From Verrucomicrobiaceae bacterium (lineage in GTDB: Bacteria; Verrucomicrobiota; Verrucomicrobiia; Verrucomicrobiales; Akkermansiaceae): 64,000 nucleotides of DNA. A model generated the notes under the pieces. That model was given only the letters and a program-made list of their open reading frames with translations. It did not search any database and was not told the DNA's origin. The number at the start of each line of letters is the position of its first letter. The stretch's first letter is position 1. The stretch covers positions 9,906-73,905 of the forward strand of contig JBPOGH010000021.1 of assembly GCA_051252135.1 (NCBI GenBank), read 5' to 3'. A program made the position numbers and the translations under genes. Below are positions 10,181 through 20,082 of the stretch, piece by piece.

Positions 10181-10269
10181 CAGCGGCTCCTCTCACCTCG
10201 GAAGCGAAGCTTCCCTGGCTAAAAATCCATCAATCCTTTCAGCGTGCGTCATCTTGAAGCAGGGTTTCC
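10181..10269 (+). mobile_element. Truncated (right-end) copy of MITE family A
   Basis: Matches the right ~90 bp of 43613-43821 and 61588-61796 (GGAAGCxAAGCTTCCCTGGCTAAAAA...TTCAGCGTGC.TCATCTTGAAGCAG.GTTTCC), followed by CTAG. Confidence 0.8.
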
Positions 10270-10994
10270 CTAGGACCTTCGCCCGGCTTCCGCTTCTTCC
10301 GCTCGGGACCATGTCCCGGAGGCCCCGCCTTCCGGAGCTCCTCGGAGCTCACCTCGCCATTCTGATCCTGATCCAGATCATTAAAATGATTCCGGCGCTC
10401 CTTCTTCGGAACAAACTTCAAATGGGGCAGCTTCTGAAATTCCTCCCAGGAAAGCGTCCCGTTCTGATCGAGATCAAACTCCTTGAACTTCTTCCGTGAT
10501 TCCTCCGGCGTGGGACGCGGTGGCCGGTCATTGTGATCCAACACCTGATCCTTGTTCCGGTCCAATCGCTCAAACATCCCCTTCCGCCGCTTCTCGGAAA
10601 ACTTCTTCAACTTCCCGCCCTCCATAAATTCCTCAAGCGTCACCTTCCCGTCCTTATTCGCGTCAACCGACTCCATCATCCGACGCATGTCAAAAGAATG
10701 GGAAGACCCGCTATCTCTCGGCGGCTTCAGCTCCTTCTTCTCAATCACCTCATTGCCATCCTTATCAAGTCGCGCAAAAAGCTCTCCACGCACCTTGGGA
10801 TCAAGCTGCTGCACCCGACGCCCCACATCAAATTCGGCCCGCGTCACCTTCCCGTCCCCGTCGGCATCAAAATGACCGAAAAAATGATCATGATACTCTG
10901 ACTTCCTCTTCGGAACCTCCTCAGGCCCGGGGCACCCCATCACCATTCCGGTCGTTACCGAAAGGAGCGTAAAAGTTCCGATGATCGCATTCAT
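10239..10994 (-). CDS. Exported multi-EF-hand protein
   Basis: Six EF-hand-like loops (DADGDGKVTRAEF, DKDGNEVIEKKEL, DANKDGKVTLEEF, DRNKDQVLD, DLDQNGTLSWEEF, DQDQNGEVSSEEL); hydrophobic N-terminus. Confidence 0.85.
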   Translation of the reverse strand: MNAIIGTFTLLSVTTGMVMGCPGPEEVPKRKSEYHDHFFGHFDADGDGKVTRAEFDVGRRVQQLDPKVRGELFARLDKDGNEVIEKKELKPPRDSGSSHSFDMRRMMESVDANKDGKVTLEEFMEGGKLKKFSEKRRKGMFERLDRNKDQVLDHNDRPPRPTPEESRKKFKEFDLDQNGTLSWEEFQKLPHLKFVPKKERRNHFNDLDQDQNGEVSSEELRKAGPPGHGPERKKRKPGEGPRETLLQDDAR

Positions 10995-11098
10995 ATCCTC
11001 TGACACCGGATGGAAGCAGGAAAACTACCAATAGTTGCACAAAAAAGCTGCTTTTTCCGTGGACCTCGACTCCTGTAGCCCACTACCGTCACCCCCAG

Positions 11099-11968
11099 AT
11101 GGATATTCTCCCGCTCCTTCAAGATGAGCAAACCACTCTTTCTTTCGAGTTTTTCCCTCCCAAGAGCGATGCCGGCGCTGACGAATTGCTAAGCACCGTC
11201 CACGACCTCACCTCGCTCGACCCTGCCTTCGTGAGCGTCACCTACGGCGCCGGAGGAACCACCCGCACCCGCACCAGAGATGTCGTCCAACGCATCCTCA
11301 AGGAAACCTGCATCCCCACCGTCCCCCATCTCACCTGCATCGGACACACCAGGGAGGAAATGACCGAAATCCTCGACGGCTACCAGGCCGACGGTGTCCA
11401 AACCATCCTCGCCCTGCGAGGCGACCCCCCCCGTGACAACCCGCACTACGATCGCAGTCACGATGACTTCCGCTTCGCCTCCGACCTCGTCCGCTTCATC
11501 AAGGAACACCCCCACCCCTTCACCATCGGCGTCGCCGGCTTTCCGGAAGGACACCCCGCCACCCAAAATCGACTCGAGGAAATGGACCACTTCAAGGAGA
11601 AGGTCGATGCCGGGGCGGACTACATCTGCACCCAGCTCTTCTTCGATAATCACGACTTCTTTGACTACCGGGATCGTTGCGCCCTCGCCGGGATCAACAT
11701 CCCCATCGTCGCCGGCATCATGCCCATCACCACCATCAGCGGAATGACCAGAATGGCGGAACTGGCTGCCGGATGTCACTTTCCCGCCAGCCTCCTCCGC
11801 GCCCTCAATCAAGCCGGCCAGGATGACAAAGCCGTCAAATCCGCTGGCATCGACTACGCCACCGCCCAATGCCAGGAACTCATCGAGCACTCCGTCTCAG
11901 GCATTCACCTCTACACGCTCAATAAGAGCATGGCCACCCGCCGCATCGCCAAAAACCTGCGGTTCTAG
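11099..11968 (+). CDS. metF: 5,10-methylenetetrahydrofolate reductase
   Basis: SFEFFPPK, FVSVTYGAGG, ILALRGDPP, KVDAGADYICTQLFF, GIHLYTLN. Confidence 0.96.
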   Translation: MDILPLLQDEQTTLSFEFFPPKSDAGADELLSTVHDLTSLDPAFVSVTYGAGGTTRTRTRDVVQRILKETCIPTVPHLTCIGHTREEMTEILDGYQADGVQTILALRGDPPRDNPHYDRSHDDFRFASDLVRFIKEHPHPFTIGVAGFPEGHPATQNRLEEMDHFKEKVDAGADYICTQLFFDNHDFFDYRDRCALAGINIPIVAGIMPITTISGMTRMAELAAGCHFPASLLRALNQAGQDDKAVKSAGIDYATAQCQELIEHSVSGIHLYTLNKSMATRRIAKNLRF

Positions 11969-13671
11969 TCTTCCACCCGCTTCAAGGTAATCCGGCTGTC
12001 CGCCAAAAGCTTGTCCGCCTCATCCTCGCTGATCTTCGAAAAGGTGGTGTTGAACCGAAGCGGCAACCATCTCCAGCCCTCCTCATCGGAAGGATAAAGC
12101 TGCTGCAGACTGGCGTAATCCCGGAAGGCCACGCCCCCCACTCCGAACTGAATCTCTCCGCTCACCCGATGCACGTTCATCGCAAGACGAAGCCGGGATT
12201 CCTCCATCTCCTTCGCTGAAAGAGTATCGCGTTTCTGCGTACCTCCTCCCCCGCTTGCTTCGATATTAAGATCCACCTCGAGGTCGTTCACTTTCCCTCC
12301 TCCCGCTGCCCGCTTCAGACTCATCCGCTCGTTCTCTAGTGCCTGGGCGGAGGACACATCCGTGATATCTTCTCCAATCCCCCCCTCGAACCCCTCGGTT
12401 AAGGTAATCCCAAGACTGTCCGCAGCTTCCTGCTGGGTCGGGAGCCTCGTCGAAACATTCCCCTCAAGCCGAAGCATGTTTCCGGACCGAATCGAGATAT
12501 CCTTAATCTCCATCCCCCCGGAACCAGTCACAAATTTGAATCCTCCCGTCTCAAAATCCACCCGTCGGTAATTTTGCGAAATATCAATCACAGACAAGGC
12601 CTTCAACAGATCCCAACTCTCACGGATAACCACCCGATCGGCCGTGGCCAGCTTCACCGTCCCAGACGTCTCAATCTTCCGGTTCGAGGAACCAAAAATC
12701 TTCAAGTCCCCGGAAATCGTTCCCGAAAGAAAGTCCTTCACCCGCACGCCCCCCAACTCAACGAGCTCCTCGATCGGAAGAGCTAAAAACTCCCCCTTGA
12801 GATCAAAGACCGGCATTGCCAGCGATTCCCCGATCCTTCCGGATAAAACCAAACTTCCTCCCAGCTTCGTCAGATCCAGGGATTTCACCTCAATTCCGTC
12901 CGGCCCGCAAGTCAGCTCCCCCTTCTCAATCGTGAAGCCTTTAATCCAGTTCTGCGAAAACTCCCCTCCCTTCAAACTCACTTCCCACTTTCCGTCCTCG
13001 AGAATTGCCTCAAAAAACGTGTTCGTCACCGCTCCATAGGTCAGCTTGGAGTAGCCCCAGTCAAAACTCAACTTATCGATCGTAAGCGCCGTGACCCCCT
13101 CCCCTTCAAAACTCTCAATGATTCGGGAAAATGCCTTTTCCATCTCCTCCTCACCGCCACCGGCCTTCAACTGAAAGGACGCCCTCTTGATCCTCACCTG
13201 ATCCGGTGCCCACGGAGTCGTCACCCCCGCCAAAAATTCAAACGATCCGGACAACGACTCCATGTCGGCTTCCATAAAGAAACTCTCCTCCCCTCCCTCA
13301 AGCTCGATCTCCCTGAAAAGCCCCTGCCCCCGGGACCGCGAAAAGCCATTGATTTCAATCTCATCGGCCCCCAACGCCGCAGTCACCCCCTCGCTCACCT
13401 TCTCCTCATAACCTTTGCTTTCAAAATGACGGTTCAACACCACATACCCGACTCCCACGATCCCCGCCGAGACCACTAACAACTTCACGAACACGTTGCC
13501 CAGCTGCTTGATGACCGAGTAATTCCCTACCGTTTTGGCATACCTTAATTGAAACAGCAGCCCCTGCTGCCCAATCCAATCACCAACTCGTTCTTGGTAT
13601 TCTCGCAACCGCTCTTGATCGACAGACTGATCCACGGGCCAACTGTAGGCGTCCGGCTCCCCGAATGCCAT
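11965..13671 (-). CDS. Hypothetical membrane-anchored protein, AsmA-like beta-rich
   Basis: 568-aa ORF with one N-terminal TM segment then beta-rich sequence; family assignment is weak. Confidence 0.6.
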   Translation of the reverse strand: MAFGEPDAYSWPVDQSVDQERLREYQERVGDWIGQQGLLFQLRYAKTVGNYSVIKQLGNVFVKLLVVSAGIVGVGYVVLNRHFESKGYEEKVSEGVTAALGADEIEINGFSRSRGQGLFREIELEGGEESFFMEADMESLSGSFEFLAGVTTPWAPDQVRIKRASFQLKAGGGEEEMEKAFSRIIESFEGEGVTALTIDKLSFDWGYSKLTYGAVTNTFFEAILEDGKWEVSLKGGEFSQNWIKGFTIEKGELTCGPDGIEVKSLDLTKLGGSLVLSGRIGESLAMPVFDLKGEFLALPIEELVELGGVRVKDFLSGTISGDLKIFGSSNRKIETSGTVKLATADRVVIRESWDLLKALSVIDISQNYRRVDFETGGFKFVTGSGGMEIKDISIRSGNMLRLEGNVSTRLPTQQEAADSLGITLTEGFEGGIGEDITDVSSAQALENERMSLKRAAGGGKVNDLEVDLNIEASGGGGTQKRDTLSAKEMEESRLRLAMNVHRVSGEIQFGVGGVAFRDYASLQQLYPSDEEGWRWLPLRFNTTFSKISEDEADKLLADSRITLKRVED

Positions 13672-13739
13672 CGCAAATAATCGGAAAGCTCTCCTAATTT
13701 CCCTCGCGATTCCCGAATCCGTCCGCTATTTCCTCCGAC

Positions 13740-14477
13740 GTGGAAGATGTAAACTACAAGGTCAGCCTCGAATTCTTCGAAGGACCCCTGGACTTACTTC
13801 TCTACCTCATCCGTCGCGATGAGGTGGACATCTACGATATTTCCATCCAACGGATCACCTCCCAATACCTCGAATACGTTGGCAGCTTTAAAATGCTGAA
13901 CATCGACCTCGCCTCCGAGTTCATCTCCATGGCTGCCAATCTGATGTACATCAAGAGCCGCACCCTTCTCCCCAAACGCGAGCAACCCCCTGAGGATGAG
14001 GCAGATGAGGACGATCCACGCTGGGAACTCATCCGCCAGCTCATCGAATACAAAAAATTCAAGGACGCCGCCGGCTTCCTCGCCCAACGGGAGGTCGAGC
14101 AGGAGCAAATCTTCTCCCACGCCCCCGAAAAAAACAAACTTCCCGCGGATTCCGAGCCCACCCCCCTCGCCGAAGTCTCCATCTTCGACCTCATCCGCGC
14201 CTTCCAGAACGTCATCAAACGCTTCGAGGAAACACGGGACTTCGGAGACATCGTCGACGACCGGCACACCGTAAGCGATAAAATCGATTACCTCCTCCAC
14301 GAAATCCCGCCCGGCGGCTCCATGAGCCTCCAGACCATCTTCAACAAAGCCACCACCAAGGTCGAAGTCATCGTCATCTTCCTCGCCCTCCTCGAACTCA
14401 TGAAAATGAACCAGTTCCGGGCACGGCAGGACCAACTGCTCGGACAAATCGAAATCGAGAGAAACCAATCTCCGTAA
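13740..14477 (+). CDS. scpA: Segregation and condensation protein A
   Basis: FEGPLDLLLYLI..DIYDISI..IT.QYL, IKSRTLLP, FLALLELMK. Confidence 0.95.
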   Translation: MEDVNYKVSLEFFEGPLDLLLYLIRRDEVDIYDISIQRITSQYLEYVGSFKMLNIDLASEFISMAANLMYIKSRTLLPKREQPPEDEADEDDPRWELIRQLIEYKKFKDAAGFLAQREVEQEQIFSHAPEKNKLPADSEPTPLAEVSIFDLIRAFQNVIKRFEETRDFGDIVDDRHTVSDKIDYLLHEIPPGGSMSLQTIFNKATTKVEVIVIFLALLELMKMNQFRARQDQLLGQIEIERNQSP

Positions 14478-14482
14478 CCCGG

Positions 14483-15064
14483 ATGGATTCCCCCAAAATA
14501 GCCCTCTTCGGCGGCACCTTCGACCCCGTTCACACCGGACACCTCGAAGCCGCCCTCAAGGCCCGCTCCACCCTCGACCTCGACCAAATCATCTTCCTCC
14601 CCTGCCGGCAATCGCCCCACAAACACTCCGGACCGGCCGCAAGCGATCAGGAACGCCTCGAAATGCTTCAGCTTTCCACCGCAGACCTCCCTTGGGCACA
14701 AGTGAGCGATTTCGAGCTCAACCGCGCCCTCCCCTCCTACACCTGGGAAACAATCAGGGATCTCAAACCATCCCTCCCCGATCATTCCGACCTCTACCTC
14801 CTCATCGGGCTGGATCAATGGGAAGCCCTCCCCCGCTGGACCCATCCCGAAAAAATAGCCGCCGAAGTCGAGTTCATCGTGGTTGGCAGGGATGGCTCAC
14901 CCTCCCCCCGTCAAGGATACCGCGCCCACTTCATCCCCGGAGATCACCCCGCCTCAGCCAGTGAAATCCGCCGACTCCTCGCCTCAAAAAAGCCCGCTCC
15001 CTGGCTCCACCCGGAGGTCGCCAACTTCATTTCCAGAAAACATCTCTATCTTTCGGATCGCTGA
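14483..15064 (+). CDS. nadD: Nicotinate-nucleotide adenylyltransferase
   Basis: FGGTFDPVHTGHL, SPHK, SYTWETI, LLIGLD, SASEIR. Confidence 0.93.
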   Translation: MDSPKIALFGGTFDPVHTGHLEAALKARSTLDLDQIIFLPCRQSPHKHSGPAASDQERLEMLQLSTADLPWAQVSDFELNRALPSYTWETIRDLKPSLPDHSDLYLLIGLDQWEALPRWTHPEKIAAEVEFIVVGRDGSPSPRQGYRAHFIPGDHPASASEIRRLLASKKPAPWLHPEVANFISRKHLYLSDR

Positions 15065-15113
15065 CTTGCATCCTCACCACGGTCCTTCTAGGGTGCCCCA
15101 TAACTTTCGACGT

Positions 15114-15878
15114 ATGATCAAAAAACTTCTTCTCGCCGCACTCCTCCCCCTCGGCCCCCTCCTCGCCCAAGAGGAAGCTGATGCCGCTCCAGCCACTGAG
15201 GAAAAGAAAGCCCTCCAATACCAGATCGATCTCGACAACCTCCCCGCCGACACCAAGGAAAAATACTGGCAGGCCATCTTCCGCGCCGAAACCCTCTTCC
15301 GCCAGAAGCGCATCTTCGAATGCCTCGAAATCATCGATGAAGTCCACGCGATTTACGACAAAAACCCCTCCTCCCTCAACCTGAAGGGAGCCTGCTTCGT
15401 CGAATTCCGGAACTTCAAAAAAGCCGAAACCTGCTTCATCGAAGCCCTCAAACAGCATCCCGACAACAAGAACGTCATCTTCAACCTCGCGGAAATGGCC
15501 TTCGTCACCCACCAGTGGCAGAAAGCCCACGACCAACTTTCCCAACTCCTCTCCGAATCCGACGCGGGGCTCAGCTCCATGGTGGACCTCATCAAATTCA
15601 AAATCCTCCTCTGCAAGCTCAAGCTTGGAGACAAGGACGGAGCGAAAGCCATCCTCGATGAAACCGACTTCCTCGATGACTCGCCCCTCTACTACTACGG
15701 CCACGGCGCACTCGCCTACGCCAACGACGAGCCCATCGAAGCAGAAATCTGGCTCGCTCGCGCCAGCCGCATCTTCCGGAACCCGCAACTCCTCTCCCCC
15801 TGGCAGGACACCCTCATTGAGTTCGGATACATCAAGAGCTTCTACGGAGGCGACCTTGAAATCCCCGACTCCGAGTAA
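15114..15878 (+). CDS. Exported TPR protein
   Basis: Signal peptide MIKKLLLAALLPLGPLLA; TPR-like helices (SLNLKGACFVEFRNFKKAETCFIEAL). Confidence 0.8.
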   Translation: MIKKLLLAALLPLGPLLAQEEADAAPATEEKKALQYQIDLDNLPADTKEKYWQAIFRAETLFRQKRIFECLEIIDEVHAIYDKNPSSLNLKGACFVEFRNFKKAETCFIEALKQHPDNKNVIFNLAEMAFVTHQWQKAHDQLSQLLSESDAGLSSMVDLIKFKILLCKLKLGDKDGAKAILDETDFLDDSPLYYYGHGALAYANDEPIEAEIWLARASRIFRNPQLLSPWQDTLIEFGYIKSFYGGDLEIPDSE

Positions 15879-15887
15879 TCCCGCCAC

Positions 15888-16304
15888 CTAGCAGCCCACC
15901 TGCTTCAAGGTAATCCCGTAAAGCTTCGCAATCGCCGGAGCCTCGGACTCCTTGTAAATCTCGCGATAGTAAATTTCGCGAATCCCATACGCACACAACG
16001 TCTGCATACAGGCCGTGCACGGCATCGTCGTCGTCGCCACAATCTTCGCCTCCCCGCGCTTGAATAGGCTGCACAAATTCACCTCCGCATGGAGCATGAA
16101 CTTCTGCCGCGCATCCCGGTCATCCCAAAACCCCTCCGGCGCATCAAATCCCGGAGCCAACCCATTGTAAGACGTCGCTATCACCCGGTTGTCCCAATCC
16201 AGCGCCGCCGCCCCCACCTTCCGAAACGGATCCTCGGAACGTAAACTCGCCACCTCCGCCAAAGCCATCGCATACTCCGGAATAGACAAACGCTCACTGC
16301 TCAT
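15888..16304 (-). CDS. dCMP deaminase family (ComEB-like)
   Basis: RSEDPFRKVGA, HAEVN and PCTAC zinc-deaminase motifs. Confidence 0.9.
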   Translation of the reverse strand: MSSERLSIPEYAMALAEVASLRSEDPFRKVGAAALDWDNRVIATSYNGLAPGFDAPEGFWDDRDARQKFMLHAEVNLCSLFKRGEAKIVATTTMPCTACMQTLCAYGIREIYYREIYKESEAPAIAKLYGITLKQVGC

Positions 16305-16331
16305 ACGGTTATCTTGAGCAAACCCACCACG

Positions 16332-17183
16332 ATGTCCAGCCAGCCCACCCCCTCAAAAACCAAAACCTACTCCCGCAGGGCCTCGCTCGGCATCATCGCC
16401 GCCGCCATCCCCTCCGCCGCCTGGGGATTCCTCGGAGAACCCGACACCCTCTCCATCACCCAAAAAAACCTCACCCTCAAAGACTGGCCCCCCGCCCTCG
16501 CCGGCTTCCGCATCGCCCACCTCACCGACCTCCACTTCCGCCCCGGAGTCGATGACGCCCTCCTCACCAAACTCACCGCCGCCGTCCAAGCCTCCGGGCC
16601 CGACCTCATTCTCATCACCGGAGACTTCCTCATCCGGGACCCCTCCTCCCTCCCCGAGCTCTGCCGCCACCTCAAAAAACTCTCCGCCACCCACGGCATC
16701 ATCGCCAGCCCCGGAAATCACGACCGCTGGCACTGCTCCTCCGGCTTCCTCAAAAAACACCTCGAAGCCGCCGGCATCTCCTACCTCCAAAACCACGCCA
16801 CCACCCTCACCATCAAAGGCGAACAACTCTATCTCCCCGGACTCGACTCCATCTGGGGCGGAAACATCGACCCCTCACGCGCCTGGAAAGCCCACCGAAA
16901 GGGCGACCCCGTCATCGCCCTCGTCCACGAACCCGACGTCTTCGACCACCTCCACCCCACCCGCCCCCTCACCCTCCAACTCTCCGGCCACACCCACGGC
17001 GGACAATGCCGCGTCCCCCTCATCGGCTACGCCCCCGCCAAAGTAAAATACGGACGCAACTACCTCTACGGCCACTACCAAAAAAACGACGCCCAACTCT
17101 GGGTCGGCCGCGGCATCGGCACCGTCGGCCTCCGCGTCCGCTTCGCCTGCCCCCCCGAACTCTCCATCCTCACCCTCCGGTGA
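16332..17183 (+). CDS. Metallophosphoesterase (YkuE/YaeI-like)
   Basis: HLTDLH, ITGDF, GNHD, HEPD, LSGHTHGGQ; Tat-like SRRASL. Confidence 0.92.
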   Translation: MSSQPTPSKTKTYSRRASLGIIAAAIPSAAWGFLGEPDTLSITQKNLTLKDWPPALAGFRIAHLTDLHFRPGVDDALLTKLTAAVQASGPDLILITGDFLIRDPSSLPELCRHLKKLSATHGIIASPGNHDRWHCSSGFLKKHLEAAGISYLQNHATTLTIKGEQLYLPGLDSIWGGNIDPSRAWKAHRKGDPVIALVHEPDVFDHLHPTRPLTLQLSGHTHGGQCRVPLIGYAPAKVKYGRNYLYGHYQKNDAQLWVGRGIGTVGLRVRFACPPELSILTLR

Positions 17184-17342
17184 TTCCAAATCTCCAACCT
17201 CTTGAGAGTTTCAAACTCTGGAATTGAGAATTTCCCTCCCCCCGACCAAATTCCGTCCATTTCGTAATTTTCGTGGTCCCCCCCCCAAATTCCCAATTCC
17301 TAATTCCTCACTCCCCATCCAACGGACTCCTTATACCAATGA

Positions 17343-17570
17343 GGAAAAGAATGCCGCAGCGCATGCGTCGTCACCCGTTTCACCACCCCCGCCTCACGCG
17401 CCGCCATCCTAATCGCCTTTGCATAAACTCCACTGTGCAGATGGTGCCTCCGCCGGATCCCGCTCTCTGGATCTCGTGAAAGCCCCGCCGCCGGGAAGAC
17501 CCACGCCCACTCCCATTGCTCTCCGGCATTGGGAAATTTTCGCCCCAGTCCTCCGGGGAGGGCTACTCTG
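17343..17570 (-). pseudogene. Integron-integrase (IntI-like) internal fragment
   Basis: VALPGGLGRKFPNAGEQWEWAWVFPAAGLSRDPESGIRRRHHL...AAREAGVVKRVTTHALRHSF carries the IntI-specific insertion and the H-x-x-R box. N-terminus and catalytic Tyr region are absent. Confidence 0.85.
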
Positions 17571-17624
17571 GGGACCAACAAAGGGACCGGGGACCAATAA
17601 GACCAATAAAGGGACAGACCTTTT
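17570..17624 (+). repeat. Short GGGAC(C/A) repeats ending in AAAGGGACAGACCTTT upstream of the RAYT
   Basis: gggaccaacaaagggaccggggaccaataagaccaataaagggacagacctttt. Confidence 0.5.
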
Positions 17625-17673
17625 ATAATATTACTCTTGTCCTCTCCTGCCCCGCTGCTCTAGCTTCAATCCC

Positions 17674-18738
17674 ATGCGAAAGGCCCGCTTCCTCTCTCCT
17701 TGGAAAGACGACCCCAAGAAACCCGCCATCTACCACGTGCTCTCACGCGTCGTCGACCGCCGCTTCGTTCTCGGCGACGAAGAGCGCGAACACTTCAAAA
17801 TGCTCATGCGCATGCAGGAAAACTTCACCGGATGCCGGATTCTCTCCTACTGCATCATGTCCAACCACTTCCACATCCTCCTCGAAGTCCCACCAACCCC
17901 ACCCGAAGCCCTTTCCGACCGAGACCTCCTCAAGCGACTCGACTCCCTCTACTCCCCCACCTTCGTCAACGACGTCGCTCGTGACCTTACCAAAGCCCGT
18001 GAATCCGGTGACGACGCCCGCGCCCTCGAAATCCGTCAACCCTTCCTCTCCCGCATGCACGACCTCAGCCAATTCATGAAGAACCTCCTGCAGCGCTTCT
18101 CCTCTTGGTTCAACCGCATGAACGGCCGCAAAGGCACCCTCTGGGAAGATCGCTTCACCTCCGTCATCGTCGAGTCCGGCACCGCCACCCGCACCATCGC
18201 CGCCTACATCGACCTCAATCCCGTCCGGGCCGGCATGGTCAACGACCCCGCCGACTACCGCTGGTCCAGCTATGGCGAAGCTGTCTCCGGAGGCAAAAAA
18301 GCCCGTGCCGGACTCGTTCGCGCCCTCCGGGCCGCAGACTGGTCCAAAAACCTCTCCCGCTCCTGGGCCCAAGGAGGCCTCTCCAAAGAATACCGCAGCC
18401 TTCTCCTCCAAGCCGCCGTCGAAACCTTCCGCCAGCAACCCGATGGCCAAACCGTCAAAGTCCGTAAAGGCATGACCAAAGAACGCATCGAAAAAGAACT
18501 CACCCGCCTCGAATCTTCCAAAAGCGACCTCGCTATCAGTAAAGCTGTCTCCTGCCACATCCGCTACTTCGCCGCCGGAGCCATCATCGGCTCCAAAACC
18601 TTCGTCAACGACACCTTCCAAAACTCCCGCCACCAATTCGGCCCCAACCGCACCACCGGTGCCCGAAAACCCCGCGGCTCACTCTCCAACCTCGCCGGCA
18701 CACTCTTCTCCGCCCGAGACCTCAGAATCAACGTCTAA
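17674..18738 (+). CDS. HUH (Y1) transposase, REP-associated tyrosine transposase (RAYT) type
   Basis: YHVLSR, YCIMSNHFHILL (HUH), GTLWEDRF, YIDLNPVRAGMV.DPADYRWSSY. Confidence 0.92.
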   Translation: MRKARFLSPWKDDPKKPAIYHVLSRVVDRRFVLGDEEREHFKMLMRMQENFTGCRILSYCIMSNHFHILLEVPPTPPEALSDRDLLKRLDSLYSPTFVNDVARDLTKARESGDDARALEIRQPFLSRMHDLSQFMKNLLQRFSSWFNRMNGRKGTLWEDRFTSVIVESGTATRTIAAYIDLNPVRAGMVNDPADYRWSSYGEAVSGGKKARAGLVRALRAADWSKNLSRSWAQGGLSKEYRSLLLQAAVETFRQQPDGQTVKVRKGMTKERIEKELTRLESSKSDLAISKAVSCHIRYFAAGAIIGSKTFVNDTFQNSRHQFGPNRTTGARKPRGSLSNLAGTLFSARDLRINV

Positions 18739-18924
18739 CAAATTCATCACTGAACTACTTCTTCAGAAAAGATCCAACCCCTCGCCTTCCCCGTAAGAAA
18801 AAGATTCCGTTTCGGGCTTCGAAAAATAAGCGCGTAAATACCGTTCATCATCTCTATAAGTCCACCTTCTATTTGTTTCCCCATTGAGCCAAATCACGCG
18901 TCGTTTTTGGAAAAACCTCTCTCC

Positions 18925-19785
18925 ATGATCATCCAAATTGCCCTCCCCCTCATCCTCGCCTTCATCATGTTCTCTCTTGGGCTGGGCCTCAAGAAATCAG
19001 ACTTCACCGACGTCCTCAAATTCCCCCTCGCTTTCGCTGCCGGCCTGACCAATCAAATTCTCCTTCTTCCCGTGGTCGCCTTCACTCTCGCCCACCTCTT
19101 TAGCCTTTCTCCCGAATTCGCCGTCGGCCTGATGATCCTCTCCCTCTGCCCAGGGGGGGTCACCAGCAATGTCTTAGCCAAGCTCTCTGGCGGAAACACC
19201 CCTCTCTCGATCTCCCTCACCGCCACCACCAGCCTCCTCTCCATCCTCACCGTCCCCTTCATGGTCGCCTGGAGCGTCAATTACTTCATGGGAGAAAGCG
19301 GACCATCAGTCGATGTCACCAAACTCGGCCTCATCATGTTCCTCATCACCGCCCTTCCAGTCGCCATCGGCATGATCACCACCGCCAAATCACCCGGCCT
19401 TGTCAAAAAAATCGCCCCCGCAATCTCCCGAGCCGCCCTACTTCTTTTCGCCCTCATCGTCATCGCCGCTCTCGCCAAAAACTGGTCCACCTTCGCCGGA
19501 AACTTCACCACCCTCGCCCCAGTCTCCATTCTTTTAATCCTTCTTCTCCTCGCAGCCGGACTCCTCACCGCAAAACTCCTCCGCCTCAACCACCGCGACG
19601 CCTCAACCATCGCCCTCGAATCCGGCATCCAAAACGGAACCCTCGCCATCGCCGTCGGATCCCTCATTGCCTCCGTAGAAGGACAAATCCTTCCCCCCAC
19701 CACCATCCCCGCAGCCGTCTACAGCATCACCATGTACCTCGTCTGCGTCCCCTTCGTCCTCTGGCGTAAGCAATGCCGCAAATAA
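18925..19785 (+). CDS. Bile acid:sodium symporter family protein
   Basis: LAFIMFSLGLGL, CPGGVTSN, TIALESGIQN. Confidence 0.9.
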   Translation: MIIQIALPLILAFIMFSLGLGLKKSDFTDVLKFPLAFAAGLTNQILLLPVVAFTLAHLFSLSPEFAVGLMILSLCPGGVTSNVLAKLSGGNTPLSISLTATTSLLSILTVPFMVAWSVNYFMGESGPSVDVTKLGLIMFLITALPVAIGMITTAKSPGLVKKIAPAISRAALLLFALIVIAALAKNWSTFAGNFTTLAPVSILLILLLLAAGLLTAKLLRLNHRDASTIALESGIQNGTLAIAVGSLIASVEGQILPPTTIPAAVYSITMYLVCVPFVLWRKQCRK

Positions 19786-20082
19786 ATAGGTGCCATTCAT
19801 GCCAAGCATAGAGTTTGAAAGTCGGCCTCAATTCAAGCAACGCCAATGATCTTCCGGGGAGTGTGGCGGAGTAGAATGGCGTAGATTCCGTGATAATTGC
19901 CCGATCGGAGCGATAGGCCTTTCGGAGAATTGCAGGCCCACAATCAAAAGCGGGACCGACAGCTCCTTCGTCGCAATCTCGCTCCGCTCTCCAGCCTCCA
20001 AATCCCCATTCTCCGATTCAGTTCCCCCTTTTCTGTTCCCGAATTTGTAGAGGGTTTCAAACTCTGAAAATTAGGATTCCCC

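Noticed and set aside
17184..19990. Functional integron with cassette array
   Set aside because: The integrase is only an internal fragment, and no convincing attC sites or cassette-like ORF array were seen.
19786..20045. Possible fourth MITE or gene remnant after the symporter
   Set aside because: Composition is atypical, but I could not identify paired TIRs, a target duplication or a recognisable ORF.
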